Positions 54,267 to 63,791 of a stretch of DNA of 64,000 nt are shown here, in pieces (positions within the stretch are counted from its first letter, which is position 1; each line of letters begins with the position of its first letter). The notes under the pieces are model-generated. The model saw nothing but the letters and a program-made list of their open reading frames with translations. It made no database searches and was not told where the DNA came from. The stretch comes from a virus, in the IMG/VR virus record IMGVR_UViG_3300048999_000192, positions 64,001 to 128,000 of that record; one strand, 5' to 3'. Made by a program: the position numbers and the translations under genes.

Positions 54267-55262
54267 ATGTCCGACGAACGAGCGAAGCAGGACGCGGAGT
54301 TCGAGGAGGGTGCCCGGCAGGAGCCGGACGCCGCTCCCGCTGACGACCGTCCCCGCCACGTCCCCGACCCGACCGCGATGACCGGGAACCTGGACACCAG
54401 TGGCACCGGCGGCGCGGGTGGGCACTCCGAGCTGCGCAACATCGCGCCGATCTTCGACGTGGCTGAGGCTCACGACATGGCGTACGCCGCACGGGCGGTC
54501 GACCCCAACGACGACTCGGCCTCCTCGGACCACGTCACGGTCTTCACCGGCCTGTCGGTCGTGCAGGGCGACCCCGAGGGCGACCGCCAGCGGGTCACCG
54601 ACCGCGCCGCGCGGGCGCAGGAGCGCCTGAAGGACAACCCACTGGGCCGCAACCTGGACGACCGTGGCACCTACGTCCACGATCGTCGTGCGCGCGACGA
54701 GCGCGCCTGGCAGGCCTCGGTCTCGGACATGGGCCCGGCGATCGTCATCGGCCCGCAGGAGCTCGGCGAGGCCCCGGCCGCGCCCAACTCCGTCATCGAC
54801 AACCGGCCGGAGGACGAGCGCTCTCCGGAGGGCGTGCCGACTCAGGAAGGCGCGCGGGAAGAGGACGACGCCGACCGCGAGCACGAGCGTCTGGAGGCCG
54901 AGCAGGCCCAGGGCGTCCAGGAGAACCGCGAGCGGATGAACGAGCAGGAGGCGGAGCAGGCGACCGCCGACGCCGACGCTCAGGAGCCCGTCACGGTCCA
55001 GGGTGAGGACGTCCAGCCCGAGGCCCCGGAGGAGACCCCCGAGCCCGCCAGCGAGCCGGAGAGCGAGCCTGAGGCCCCCGGCCCGAAGTCGGAGGAGCCG
55101 CACGCTCCGACCTCGGACGTGAAGGCCCCGAACAAGGCCAGCTCCAAGACCGAGTGGGTCGAGTGGGCCGTGGCCTGCGGAGCCGACCGCGAGGAGGCGT
55201 CGAACATGACCCGCCTCGAACTGATCAGCAACTACTCCAAGCTCCGGCCGAACGAGAGGTAA
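54267..55262 (+). CDS. Acidic protein with C-terminal helical motif
   Basis: E/P-rich; PNKASSKTEWVEWAV..EASNMTRLELI. Confidence 0.7.
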   Translation: MSDERAKQDAEFEEGARQEPDAAPADDRPRHVPDPTAMTGNLDTSGTGGAGGHSELRNIAPIFDVAEAHDMAYAARAVDPNDDSASSDHVTVFTGLSVVQGDPEGDRQRVTDRAARAQERLKDNPLGRNLDDRGTYVHDRRARDERAWQASVSDMGPAIVIGPQELGEAPAAPNSVIDNRPEDERSPEGVPTQEGAREEDDADREHERLEAEQAQGVQENRERMNEQEAEQATADADAQEPVTVQGEDVQPEAPEETPEPASEPESEPEAPGPKSEEPHAPTSDVKAPNKASSKTEWVEWAVACGADREEASNMTRLELISNYSKLRPNER

Positions 55263-55268
55263 CGAGTC

Positions 55269-56855
55269 ATGGCGGACACTCCTGCCAGCAACGTTGACAC
55301 CGAGGGCGCATACGGCCACTCGGGCGCGGTGCCGGTCGGTACGGCGGCGACCAGTGGGAGCAACGCCGACACCGAGGGCACCACGCCGGGAGGCGCGCCG
55401 AACCCGGCGCCCCCGGCGGCGACCAACGTCGACACCTCTGGCACCAACAGCCCGAACGACCCGGCGAACTACCACCCGACCAGCGTGCTGGTGACCGGCA
55501 ACCCGGACACGGCCAGCTCGGACGGGAACATCATCCGCCAGGCCAACCCGGTCTACCGGGCCCCGGCGGCGTACGTGGCGGCGGGCACGACCGACACCAC
55601 CCGTACGGACACGCTCGGCGTGGGCCCGGCTCCGGCCGAGACCCAGAGCCTGTACGCGGGCAACCAGGACGTCACCCAGATCGGCGCGGGCACCACGGCC
55701 AAGACGGTGACCGAGAACCTGACCCTGGACCTGACCGGCCACACCCTGACCAAGGCGGGCGTCGTCCCGGCGGCCACCGTGACCGTGGTCAACAAGGGCC
55801 AGATCCTCACGGTCACCGACGAGTCGCACGTGCTCTCGGGCCTGGCCGCCTTCACCGTCACCAACAACGGTGTGACCGACCTCCCGGCCGCCGTGACGAT
55901 CAAGAAGGGTGCGACCCCGCTCGTCCAGGGCGTCGACTACACCATCGTCGGCACCGGCTCGGCGGGCACCGCGAACTACACCATCACGCCGATCGACAGC
56001 GCGACGGTCAACTCCGGTGACACCTTCCTGGTCAGCTATCACTACGGCAACGCGAAGTACTTCGCCAACGCCACGCTGACCGCGACCACGGACTACACCA
56101 AGACCTACACCGGTGACGGTCCGAGCACCGCGCTGAAGATCACCCGCGTCAACACGGCCGCCAGCACCAACGGCGACACCGTGGCGGTGACCTACAGCTA
56201 CGGCGACAACCAGTACTGGGGCTCCAACCCGCCCACCACGGTGCCGGGCGCGCCGACCATCGGGGCGGTCGCGGCCAAGAACCTCGCGGTCACGGTCAAC
56301 TGGACGGCCCCGAGCGGCAACACCGACATCACGTCCTACGTGGTCCAGTGCGTCCCGGGCTACGGCACCAAGTACGCACCGGCCAACGCCACGAAGATCG
56401 ACTTCACCCAGCTCCAGGCGGGGGTGCCGTACCAGTTCCAGGTGGCGGCGATGAACGCCCGGGGCATCGGGGCCTACTCGGCGCTGAGCTCGGCCGCGAC
56501 CCCGCGCAACGACTACGCCAACCCGACCTACAAGGTGGTCGACGAGAGCCACGTGCTGTCGGGTCTGGCCGCCTTCGCGGTGACCAACAAGGGCGTGATC
56601 GGCGACCACACCGCCGTGACGATCAAGAAGGGGGCCACCCCGCTCGTCGAGACGACGGACTACACCATCGCCTTCACCGGCGTGGGCAGCCAGCGAGTCG
56701 CGACGATCACCCCGATCGACTCGGCCACGGTCAACAGCGGGGACACCTTCCTGGTGTCGTACTCCTACGCCACCACGGACCCGCTGAACACCGTCAACCC
56801 GATCTACCTGCCGGACGGAAGCGTCAAGGCGGGCACCGGGCTGGGGCCGTCCTGA
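55269..56855 (+). CDS. Ig-like/fibronectin type III virion protein
   Basis: VPGAPTI..VTVNWTAP..YQFQVAAMNARGIG (FN3); duplicated ~77-aa Ig-like module. Confidence 0.8.
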   Translation: MADTPASNVDTEGAYGHSGAVPVGTAATSGSNADTEGTTPGGAPNPAPPAATNVDTSGTNSPNDPANYHPTSVLVTGNPDTASSDGNIIRQANPVYRAPAAYVAAGTTDTTRTDTLGVGPAPAETQSLYAGNQDVTQIGAGTTAKTVTENLTLDLTGHTLTKAGVVPAATVTVVNKGQILTVTDESHVLSGLAAFTVTNNGVTDLPAAVTIKKGATPLVQGVDYTIVGTGSAGTANYTITPIDSATVNSGDTFLVSYHYGNAKYFANATLTATTDYTKTYTGDGPSTALKITRVNTAASTNGDTVAVTYSYGDNQYWGSNPPTTVPGAPTIGAVAAKNLAVTVNWTAPSGNTDITSYVVQCVPGYGTKYAPANATKIDFTQLQAGVPYQFQVAAMNARGIGAYSALSSAATPRNDYANPTYKVVDESHVLSGLAAFAVTNKGVIGDHTAVTIKKGATPLVETTDYTIAFTGVGSQRVATITPIDSATVNSGDTFLVSYSYATTDPLNTVNPIYLPDGSVKAGTGLGPS

Positions 56856-56856
56856 C

Positions 56857-57063
56857 ATGCCCGTCACCGTTCCCGGCCATGCGTCCGAGGGGGCATCGGG
56901 GCACATCGCCGATCACAACACGATCGACGATGCCCTGACGGCCCTCTCGGCCTCGGTCGACGACCTGGACGACCGCATGCCGCCGGGCAAGATCACTGTG
57001 TCCGACACCGAGCCCTCCTCGCCCGCCGTGGGCGATCTGTGGTTCGACACCTCCGGAGCCTGA
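56857..57063 (+). CDS. Small virion protein
   Basis: GHIADHNTI motif; VSDTEPSSPAVGDLWFDT. Confidence 0.7.
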   Translation: MPVTVPGHASEGASGHIADHNTIDDALTALSASVDDLDDRMPPGKITVSDTEPSSPAVGDLWFDTSGA

Positions 57064-57067
57064 CGCG

Positions 57068-59014
57068 ATGTCCAACCTGTTCGAGACGACCTTCGAGTCC
57101 GGCAGTGACGGAGCGACGATCGTCCCGGGCAGCGAGGGCTTCGACTCCAGCACCGGCACCTGCTCCTACACGGCGCAGACGGCCGCGCACGGGCAGTACT
57201 CGGCCAAGATCGAGCCGACGGGGAACGTCGGTCACCTGCAGTGGAACGCCGGGAGCTACCTGAGCGGCGATGTGTGGGGCCGGGCCTACCTGCGGGTGGC
57301 CTCGGCCCCGGCCGACTGGTTCCACGCGATCAGCTTCTTCGACGGCGGCAGCCAGAAGGCCTCCATCGTCTTGACGGCCGATAACCGGGTGGCGCTGCGC
57401 AACTCCTCGGTGAACGTCGACCGCGTCACGACCGGCGGCGGCGCGTGGGCCCCGACCACCTGGATCCGCATCGAGTGGAAGATCAACGCTCCCACCGACG
57501 CCTTCGAGGCCTGGATCTACGCGACCGACCCGGACGGCACTACCGAGGACGCTCACATCGTCGTGCCGGGGGGCACCGGCATCCCCCAGTGGCAGTTCAT
57601 CCGGTTCGGCATCAACGCCGCCACCGGCCACCCGGTGAACGTGCTGTACGACAACCTGGCGATCAGCCAGACGGGCAAGATCGGCCCGAGCGATCCGGAC
57701 CCGGACCCCACGCCGCCCGCGCTGGTGAGCGCCTGGGTCGGCGGGGTGGACTCCAGCACGGCCCAGATCGCCTTTCAGCTCGCCAACACCACAAACGCCC
57801 AGGTGGCCTATGCGGTCGACCCCGGCACCGGTGACCCGCTGACGGGCACACCTTCGACCACCCCGACACTGGCGGTGACCAGCGAGGGATACGGGCAGCT
57901 CGCCCTGTCGGGTCTGACCGCCGACACCGACTACGTCTACGGCCTGATCGCCGATGGCGGGCTGCTGGCCGACCGGGGGCACTTCTCGACGATGCCGCGC
58001 GGGCAGGCCGACTTCATGGTGGCCTTCTCCAGCGCGCAGGCCGACGCCAGTGACCACGCGGTCTTCGACACGATCCGGGGCGAGAGTCCCAAGGTCTTCT
58101 TCCACCTCGGGGACCTGTACGCCACGACGCTGGCGACCAACGACGCCGTGGCCGCCCGCGCCAAGTACGCGGCGCAGCTCGCCGCCGGGACCGGGCGCTT
58201 CCGCCACCTGACCAAGGACGTCCCCGTCGACTACGTCTGGGGCACGGCCGACTGGGGCGGCGCGCACTCCGACGGCACCTACACGGCCGCCTCAGCCCTC
58301 CTGAGCGCCTACCAGACCGTGGTCCCCTCCTACCCCCTCATCGACGCCAACAGCGCGCTCTACCACGCTGTGACGATCGGGCGGGTCCAGTTCCTCGTGC
58401 TCGACGTCCGCTCGCGCCGGAGCACCGGGACGATCCTGGGCGCGGACCAGAAGGCCTGGCTCAAGACCCAGCTCAGCTCGACCAGCCAGCCGGTCAAGGT
58501 CATCGTCTGCCCGATCCCCTGGCGGGCCGGTACCGAGTGGGACGACGCCCCCGCCGAGCTCACCGAGCTGAACGCCTACATCACCGACAATGCCATCACC
58601 AACGTGGCCATGCTCGGGGCGGCCTATGCGGTCGCCGCCGACTCCGGCGCGAACTCCTCGGTCAACCGGGCCAACCTGCTCGCGGGCGCGCTGGACGGTA
58701 CCGGCGTGGCGGCGGCGGGGACCTGGAGTGTGGGCAACCACGCCAACGCGGCCGGAGCCGGGCAGTACGCTCTGCTCTCGGTGACCGATACCGGCACGCA
58801 CATCACTTTGACGTACTCCGGGCGGAATCAAGCTGATAGCGTCCAGGTCGGTCCGTACAACGTCGTCTTCACGATCGAGGCGAGCGACGTCCCGCAGACC
58901 AAGAAGTGGAACGGGACCGACTGGGTTCTCTTCCAGCCACGCGCCTACCTGGACAGCACATGGGAACCCGTGCCGGTGAAGTACTACGACGGGAGCGCGT
59001 GGCAGTCCCTTTGA
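57068..59014 (+). CDS. Virion protein: lectin-like N-domain plus PhoD-like metallophosphatase fold
   Basis: FFHLGDL, LDVRSRR, LGADQKAWL motifs; C-terminal KYYDGSAW. Confidence 0.7.
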   Translation: MSNLFETTFESGSDGATIVPGSEGFDSSTGTCSYTAQTAAHGQYSAKIEPTGNVGHLQWNAGSYLSGDVWGRAYLRVASAPADWFHAISFFDGGSQKASIVLTADNRVALRNSSVNVDRVTTGGGAWAPTTWIRIEWKINAPTDAFEAWIYATDPDGTTEDAHIVVPGGTGIPQWQFIRFGINAATGHPVNVLYDNLAISQTGKIGPSDPDPDPTPPALVSAWVGGVDSSTAQIAFQLANTTNAQVAYAVDPGTGDPLTGTPSTTPTLAVTSEGYGQLALSGLTADTDYVYGLIADGGLLADRGHFSTMPRGQADFMVAFSSAQADASDHAVFDTIRGESPKVFFHLGDLYATTLATNDAVAARAKYAAQLAAGTGRFRHLTKDVPVDYVWGTADWGGAHSDGTYTAASALLSAYQTVVPSYPLIDANSALYHAVTIGRVQFLVLDVRSRRSTGTILGADQKAWLKTQLSSTSQPVKVIVCPIPWRAGTEWDDAPAELTELNAYITDNAITNVAMLGAAYAVAADSGANSSVNRANLLAGALDGTGVAAAGTWSVGNHANAAGAGQYALLSVTDTGTHITLTYSGRNQADSVQVGPYNVVFTIEASDVPQTKKWNGTDWVLFQPRAYLDSTWEPVPVKYYDGSAWQSL

Positions 59015-59026
59015 TGAAGGAGCTGC

Positions 59027-59254
59027 ATGAGCATCACCGACATCCCCAGCGATGAGGACATCACCGAGATGGTCCAGGGTCTGCCCTCCTGGAATCCCCC
59101 GAAATTCGAGCTGCCGTTCAACGAACCCGACCCGGCCGAGGCCCCGGTCCAGTGGCACGAGCCGGTCCGCTCAGAGGTCACCGTCCCCGTGCAGAGCGTC
59201 ACCCTCCCCGCGATCCCCGACGGCTGGGGTGCCACCTTCGAGCTCCCGGCGTAG
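59027..59254 (+). CDS. Hypothetical protein
   Basis: AAGGAG RBS. Confidence 0.55.
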   Translation: MSITDIPSDEDITEMVQGLPSWNPPKFELPFNEPDPAEAPVQWHEPVRSEVTVPVQSVTLPAIPDGWGATFELPA

Positions 59255-59327
59255 GCTGAGCCCGCGCGTTCTCGCTGCAGTGCCCGATGACACGACCGCC
59301 GTTCCCTCGCCGGGGCGGCGGTCGTGT

Positions 59328-59363
59328 GCTGTCCGGCCCCTGGCCCGCACTCTGAAGAGGTGA
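59328..59363 (+). promoter_or_regulatory. Putative late promoter
   Basis: GCTGT-N21-GAAGAGGTGA. Confidence 0.75.
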
Positions 59364-59396
59364 AAGGGATCCACCTCTGCCCGACTGGAGTGACCT

Positions 59397-60050
59397 GTGT
59401 CGACCTCCTCACCGAAACTGCTGCTGAAGCGGCCGGACGGCACTGACCCGTTCCTGCGGCAGGACTTCGTAGACAACTGGAACAAGATCGACGCCGCGCC
59501 GGGCATCTACGTCTGCGACTCCACCACGCGCCCGAGCTGGGCCAGCGCGCAGGCGGGCCGGATGATCTTCCTGACCGACTGGAAGCAGCTCCAGTACTGG
59601 GACGGCTCGTCCTGGAACAACGAGCGCACGGCGGTCCCGTTCTTCGCCGGTGGCGCGATCTTCGACGCCACGGTGGGCAAGAACGCCACCCCGGTCTACA
59701 ACATCGTCAACATCACCACGCCGCGCCCGGCCACCTTGGCGATCATGATGTCGGCCACGGTCTCGTGCGACTCCCGGTTCACCCAGGACGTCTACTTCCG
59801 GGCCAACGTGGACGGCGGGGACCTGCTGCTGGGCGGCTACTCCGACGCCATCCGCTTCACCGGCAAGAGCGACGACAGCTCGGCCGACATGAAGATGACC
59901 GTCACCGCGCTGGCCCAGGCCACCGTCACCGCCGGATCGCACTCGCTCAAGGGCAAGTTCACCATCGGCACCTACAACACCTCGGTGATCATCCGGGGTA
60001 TCAAGACCCTGGCCTTCCTCGGGACGTACAACAGCTCCCAGGTGCTCTGA
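59397..60050 (+). CDS. Minor virion/fibre protein
   Basis: LLLKRPD..DNWNKID N-terminus; QYWDGSSW. Confidence 0.65.
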   Translation: MSTSSPKLLLKRPDGTDPFLRQDFVDNWNKIDAAPGIYVCDSTTRPSWASAQAGRMIFLTDWKQLQYWDGSSWNNERTAVPFFAGGAIFDATVGKNATPVYNIVNITTPRPATLAIMMSATVSCDSRFTQDVYFRANVDGGDLLLGGYSDAIRFTGKSDDSSADMKMTVTALAQATVTAGSHSLKGKFTIGTYNTSVIIRGIKTLAFLGTYNSSQVL

Positions 60051-60060
60051 GAGGTCCTCC

Positions 60061-60954
60061 ATGCCGATCGACGACGACCTGATCGACTGGCGGCAGCGCC
60101 GGTACGTCAGTCAGTACGACACCCCGACCATCGGCCTGATCACTCACGCCGCCGGGGTGCCGACCGATGCCGACGGCGCGGTCACGGCCGAGCTCGTCCA
60201 GCAGCACGCCGACGGCACGACGACCAACATCCGCAGCTACGCGGCCAACCGGACCGACGTCGGCACGTACGAGGTCGTGCTGCTCTCGGCGGACACAGCC
60301 ACCGCCGGGGACTACGCCCTGGAGTGGAGCTGGACCCAGTCCGCCATGGCCAACGCCTACGTCGTCTACATGGTCTTCGGCCAGGCCAACCCGGATTATG
60401 ACTTCCTGCCCGAGGACATCCGGGGCGTGGTCGACGAGGTCTACCTGCGGTTCGCCGACTGCTTCGATTCGCCCATGGGCGGCCCCAACTTGCAGACCTA
60501 CTACCAGAGCCACTACTCACGCGGCCGGATCGCCCAGCTCACCAAGATCGGTCTGGGGCGGCTGAACACGATCGCCCAGCCGCACCAGACCTACACGGTC
60601 GATGGGGTCGGCGGGACGAAGTTCCCGGTGGCGCAGTGGGGCGCCCTGCTCTCGATGGCCGGGTACGTCGAGTGCCTGAAGCACCTGTGCCGCTCCTACG
60701 TCGAGCAGCCGATGGTCCAGGGCGGCAACATCACCAGGCTGGACCGGCGGGACTACCTGCAGCGCTGGCAGTCCATCCTCCAGATGGAGGAGGACACGCT
60801 CAAGAGCGAGCTCGACACCTTCAAGCTGGCGAACATGGGCTTCGGCTCCCCGCGCGTGCTCGTGTCCGGCGGCGTGTACGGACGGTACGGGCCGACCCGT
60901 CTGGCCGGTTCTGTCGCTGCCCGCCCGAGGTACTACTACCGCTTCTACGGCTAA
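60061..60954 (+). CDS. Putative head-to-tail adaptor/neck protein
   Basis: DCFDSPMGGPNLQ, RSYVEQP, LDRRDYLQRW motifs; position after capsid genes. Confidence 0.6.
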   Translation: MPIDDDLIDWRQRRYVSQYDTPTIGLITHAAGVPTDADGAVTAELVQQHADGTTTNIRSYAANRTDVGTYEVVLLSADTATAGDYALEWSWTQSAMANAYVVYMVFGQANPDYDFLPEDIRGVVDEVYLRFADCFDSPMGGPNLQTYYQSHYSRGRIAQLTKIGLGRLNTIAQPHQTYTVDGVGGTKFPVAQWGALLSMAGYVECLKHLCRSYVEQPMVQGGNITRLDRRDYLQRWQSILQMEEDTLKSELDTFKLANMGFGSPRVLVSGGVYGRYGPTRLAGSVAARPRYYYRFYG

Positions 60955-61184
60955 TCGTCGCTCTCTGCTGCTTTGCGATCCATTTCGCGCTTCTCGGTGC
61001 GTGCTGCCATATACGACGCGAAATGGCCCTGGATATTCGCCCATACCGACATCAGGGCGATCCAGAGCACGCTGTCCTTCCAGAACAGCAAAGTGGGGAT
61101 AATCGCGATCGTCCAGACGATAACGAAGATTAGATGGAATCTGCGCAAAAAGGCAGAAACGCGGTCTTTACCGTCCTCGCTCAT
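60951..61184 (-). CDS. Small 2-TM membrane protein, inverted in structural module
   Basis: MSEDGKDRVSAFLRRFHLIFVIVWTIAIIPTLLFW..; lower GC. Confidence 0.6.
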   Translation of the reverse strand: MSEDGKDRVSAFLRRFHLIFVIVWTIAIIPTLLFWKDSVLWIALMSVWANIQGHFASYMAARTEKREMDRKAAESDD

Positions 61185-61226
61185 GCTTTGTCTATACCCA
61201 GGGATTCTTGCCAATCCCCGCCGCGC

Positions 61227-61263
61227 GCTGCCCAGATGCCAGGCTCCCCGCCGGAAGAGGTGA
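61227..61263 (+). promoter_or_regulatory. Putative late promoter
   Basis: GCTGC-N22-GAAGAGGTGA. Confidence 0.65.
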
Positions 61264-61275
61264 GGAGGTGCCGGG

Positions 61276-62235
61276 ATGACGCATAGGCCGACGGTGTACT
61301 GGTCACGCGACCGCGAGAACTGGGCGGTGACCCAGGAGCGCGACCGCCACAACCAGGTCCTGTGGGAGTACGGCGAGCTCGCCATCTTCGTCTTGCTCTG
61401 GCACCTGGAGGACTTCAACGCCGGGCTCGTCGAGCGCTGCTCGACCTGCTACCTGGCCGTCAACCCGATCGCTGAGGCGTACGGCCAGGGCGACCAGTAC
61501 CGGTGCCCCGACTGCTACGGCACCACCTTCGAGGGCGGCTACAAGGCGATCATCGTCCGGCCGACCCTGTTCTCCGACACGGACAAGGACCAGAAGGCCC
61601 ACTCGCGCGGCCAGGTCAACTCCGACGAGGTGGACATCGAATCCACCGCCGACTTCAGGATCCGTACCGGCGACTACTGCGTCCGGGCCACCGGCGACCG
61701 CTTCTACCTGCGCGTGCCCGCGCGGGTGACCTTGCGAACCGGCTTCGGGGTGCCCTGGCAGACCAACTCGGCCATCACCTACAGCCACGCCCGCGCGGTG
61801 ATCGAGGATCCGGCCGACGCCAGCTACATCATCCCGCCGGACAACGACCGCGCGCACGACATCCTCGTGGCCGTCTCACGGCTCCCGCTGAGCTACCACC
61901 AGTACGAGGACATCCGCGCCCCCCTCATCCCCGAGGACCCGGCCGACACCGGAGGAGACGACGCCGCCATGCAGGAGATCATCCAGGTGCAGGGCCCCCA
62001 GGGCCCCGCAGGCCCGGCCGGGCCGACCGGCCCGAGTGGCGGCCAGTTCGTCTTCCACCAGTCCGTCGCCGCCTCGGTCTGGACCATCAGCCACGGTATG
62101 GGCTACTTCCCGGCGGGGGTCATGGTCATCGACTCCGGCGGCACCGAGGTCGAGGGGCTCGTCTCGTACCCCGACGCCAACACCACCGTCATCACGTTCA
62201 GCGCGCCCTTCGCGGGCACCGCCTACCTGAGCTAA
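61276..62235 (+). CDS. Putative neck/head-closure protein with Zn motif and collagen-like linker
   Basis: CSTC..CPDCYGTTFEGGY; GPQGPAGPAGPTGP; WTISHGMG C-domain. Confidence 0.65.
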   Translation: MTHRPTVYWSRDRENWAVTQERDRHNQVLWEYGELAIFVLLWHLEDFNAGLVERCSTCYLAVNPIAEAYGQGDQYRCPDCYGTTFEGGYKAIIVRPTLFSDTDKDQKAHSRGQVNSDEVDIESTADFRIRTGDYCVRATGDRFYLRVPARVTLRTGFGVPWQTNSAITYSHARAVIEDPADASYIIPPDNDRAHDILVAVSRLPLSYHQYEDIRAPLIPEDPADTGGDDAAMQEIIQVQGPQGPAGPAGPTGPSGGQFVFHQSVAASVWTISHGMGYFPAGVMVIDSGGTEVEGLVSYPDANTTVITFSAPFAGTAYLS

Positions 62236-62245
62236 GGAGCCCCGC

Positions 62246-63286
62246 GTGGCCGCCAAGAAAGTCCTGGTTCCATACGACTTCAACCAGAACGAGGTCCAGA
62301 ACGCCGTCATCCAGCAGCTCGGGACCGACCCCGGCTCGCCGGTCAACGGCCAGATCTGGGTCAACACCACCGGCAATGTCCTGAAGGTCCGCATCAACGG
62401 CGCGACCATCAGCCTGGGCCGTCTGGACCAGATCAGCGTGCCGTCGGCCTCGGTCGACATGAACAGCCAGCGGATCACCGGCCTGGCCGACCCGAGCGGC
62501 AATCAGGACGCGGCCACGATGGCCTACGTCACGGCCGCCATTGCGGCCGTCGCCGGGGGTACGGAGTGGAAGCCAGAGGCCAAGCTCGCGACCGCTGCGG
62601 CCCTGGCGGCCAACACCTACAACTCGGGTGCCAAGACCCTCACCGGGAACGCCAACGGGGCTCTCACGGTCGACGGGGTGGGCGTCACGGCCGCCGACCG
62701 CATCCTGGTCAAGGACGAGGTCACCGGATCGCACAACGGCCTCTACACCGTCACGAACGCGGGCTCCGGCGGCGCGCCCTACGTCCTGACCCGGACGACC
62801 GATGCCGACTCCAGCGCCGAGCTCAACAACGGCCTGATCATCCCGATCACCTCGGGCACGGCGAACGCCAACACCCTGTGGGTCCTGACGACCACCAGCA
62901 TCACGCTGGACACCACGGCGCTGAGCTTCTCCCACATTCCGCTGGCGGGCTATACCGCCGGTACGGCGCTGACCCTGACCGGCAACCAGTTCAACGTCAC
63001 CACGGTGCCGATCGCCAACGGCGGCACCAACGCCACCTCGGCGGCCAGCGCGCGGGCGAACCTGGGCACTGTCGGCAAGTACAACACCACCGGCCCAGGT
63101 TCCAGCGGCACCGCCTGGACCGTGACCCACAACCTCGGCACCACCGAGGTGGTCTACATGCTGAGGGCGGCGAGCGGGGACGCGGAGGTCGTGGCCGACG
63201 TCGTGGTGACCGACGCCAACACCCTGACGGTCAACTTCGGCGCGAGCGTCACGTTCAGCGCCTACAAGATCGTCGTGATCGGCTGA
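62246..63286 (+). CDS. Fibre-like virion protein
   Basis: RITGLADP..QDAAT.AYV; DRILVKD..NGLY; PIANGGTNAT..ARANLG. Confidence 0.75.
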   Translation: MAAKKVLVPYDFNQNEVQNAVIQQLGTDPGSPVNGQIWVNTTGNVLKVRINGATISLGRLDQISVPSASVDMNSQRITGLADPSGNQDAATMAYVTAAIAAVAGGTEWKPEAKLATAAALAANTYNSGAKTLTGNANGALTVDGVGVTAADRILVKDEVTGSHNGLYTVTNAGSGGAPYVLTRTTDADSSAELNNGLIIPITSGTANANTLWVLTTTSITLDTTALSFSHIPLAGYTAGTALTLTGNQFNVTTVPIANGGTNATSAASARANLGTVGKYNTTGPGSSGTAWTVTHNLGTTEVVYMLRAASGDAEVVADVVVTDANTLTVNFGASVTFSAYKIVVIG

Positions 63287-63287
63287 C

Positions 63288-63788
63288 ATGGGCTCTCGAT
63301 TCGATACGCCGCTGAACCTGCTGCAGGTGGCCTCGCCGTCCAACCCGGCGGCGGGGTACTCCAAGCTGTTCTTCAAGACCGGTGACCAGCTCTTCTGGCG
63401 TAACTCCTCCGGCACGGAGAAGCAGATCACGCCACAGATCGCGTTCGCCTTTTCTTACACCGGCACGCTGGCAGTGACGACGGGCGTGCACCGCCTCTAC
63501 AACGACTCCGGCGGCACCCTGACGATTCAGGGCGTACGGATCTCGGTGGGCACTGCGCCCACAGGCTCAACGATCCTGTGCGATTTCAACATTGACGGCA
63601 CGACGATCTTCAGCACTCAGGGCAACCGTCCGTCCGTTGCGATCTCGGCCAGTCCGCCGACTTCGGGCAAGGTCACCAACTTCAACACCACCACGATTTC
63701 AAACGGCAGCTACTTCACCGTGGACATCGACCAGGTGGGCTCAACCGTGCCAGGAGCTAACCTCACTGCTCAGATTCTGTGCGGGTGA
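63288..63788 (+). CDS. Minor virion protein
   Basis: TAPTG..D.NIDGTTIFST..TVDIDQVGST.PGA.L. Confidence 0.7.
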   Translation: MGSRFDTPLNLLQVASPSNPAAGYSKLFFKTGDQLFWRNSSGTEKQITPQIAFAFSYTGTLAVTTGVHRLYNDSGGTLTIQGVRISVGTAPTGSTILCDFNIDGTTIFSTQGNRPSVAISASPPTSGKVTNFNTTTISNGSYFTVDIDQVGSTVPGANLTAQILCG

Positions 63789-63791
63789 GCC

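Noticed and set aside
55813-56763. Duplicated module as a DGR template/variable repeat pair
   Set aside because: Both copies are in-frame in one gene, differences are mostly synonymous rather than adenine-specific, and no reverse transcriptase is present
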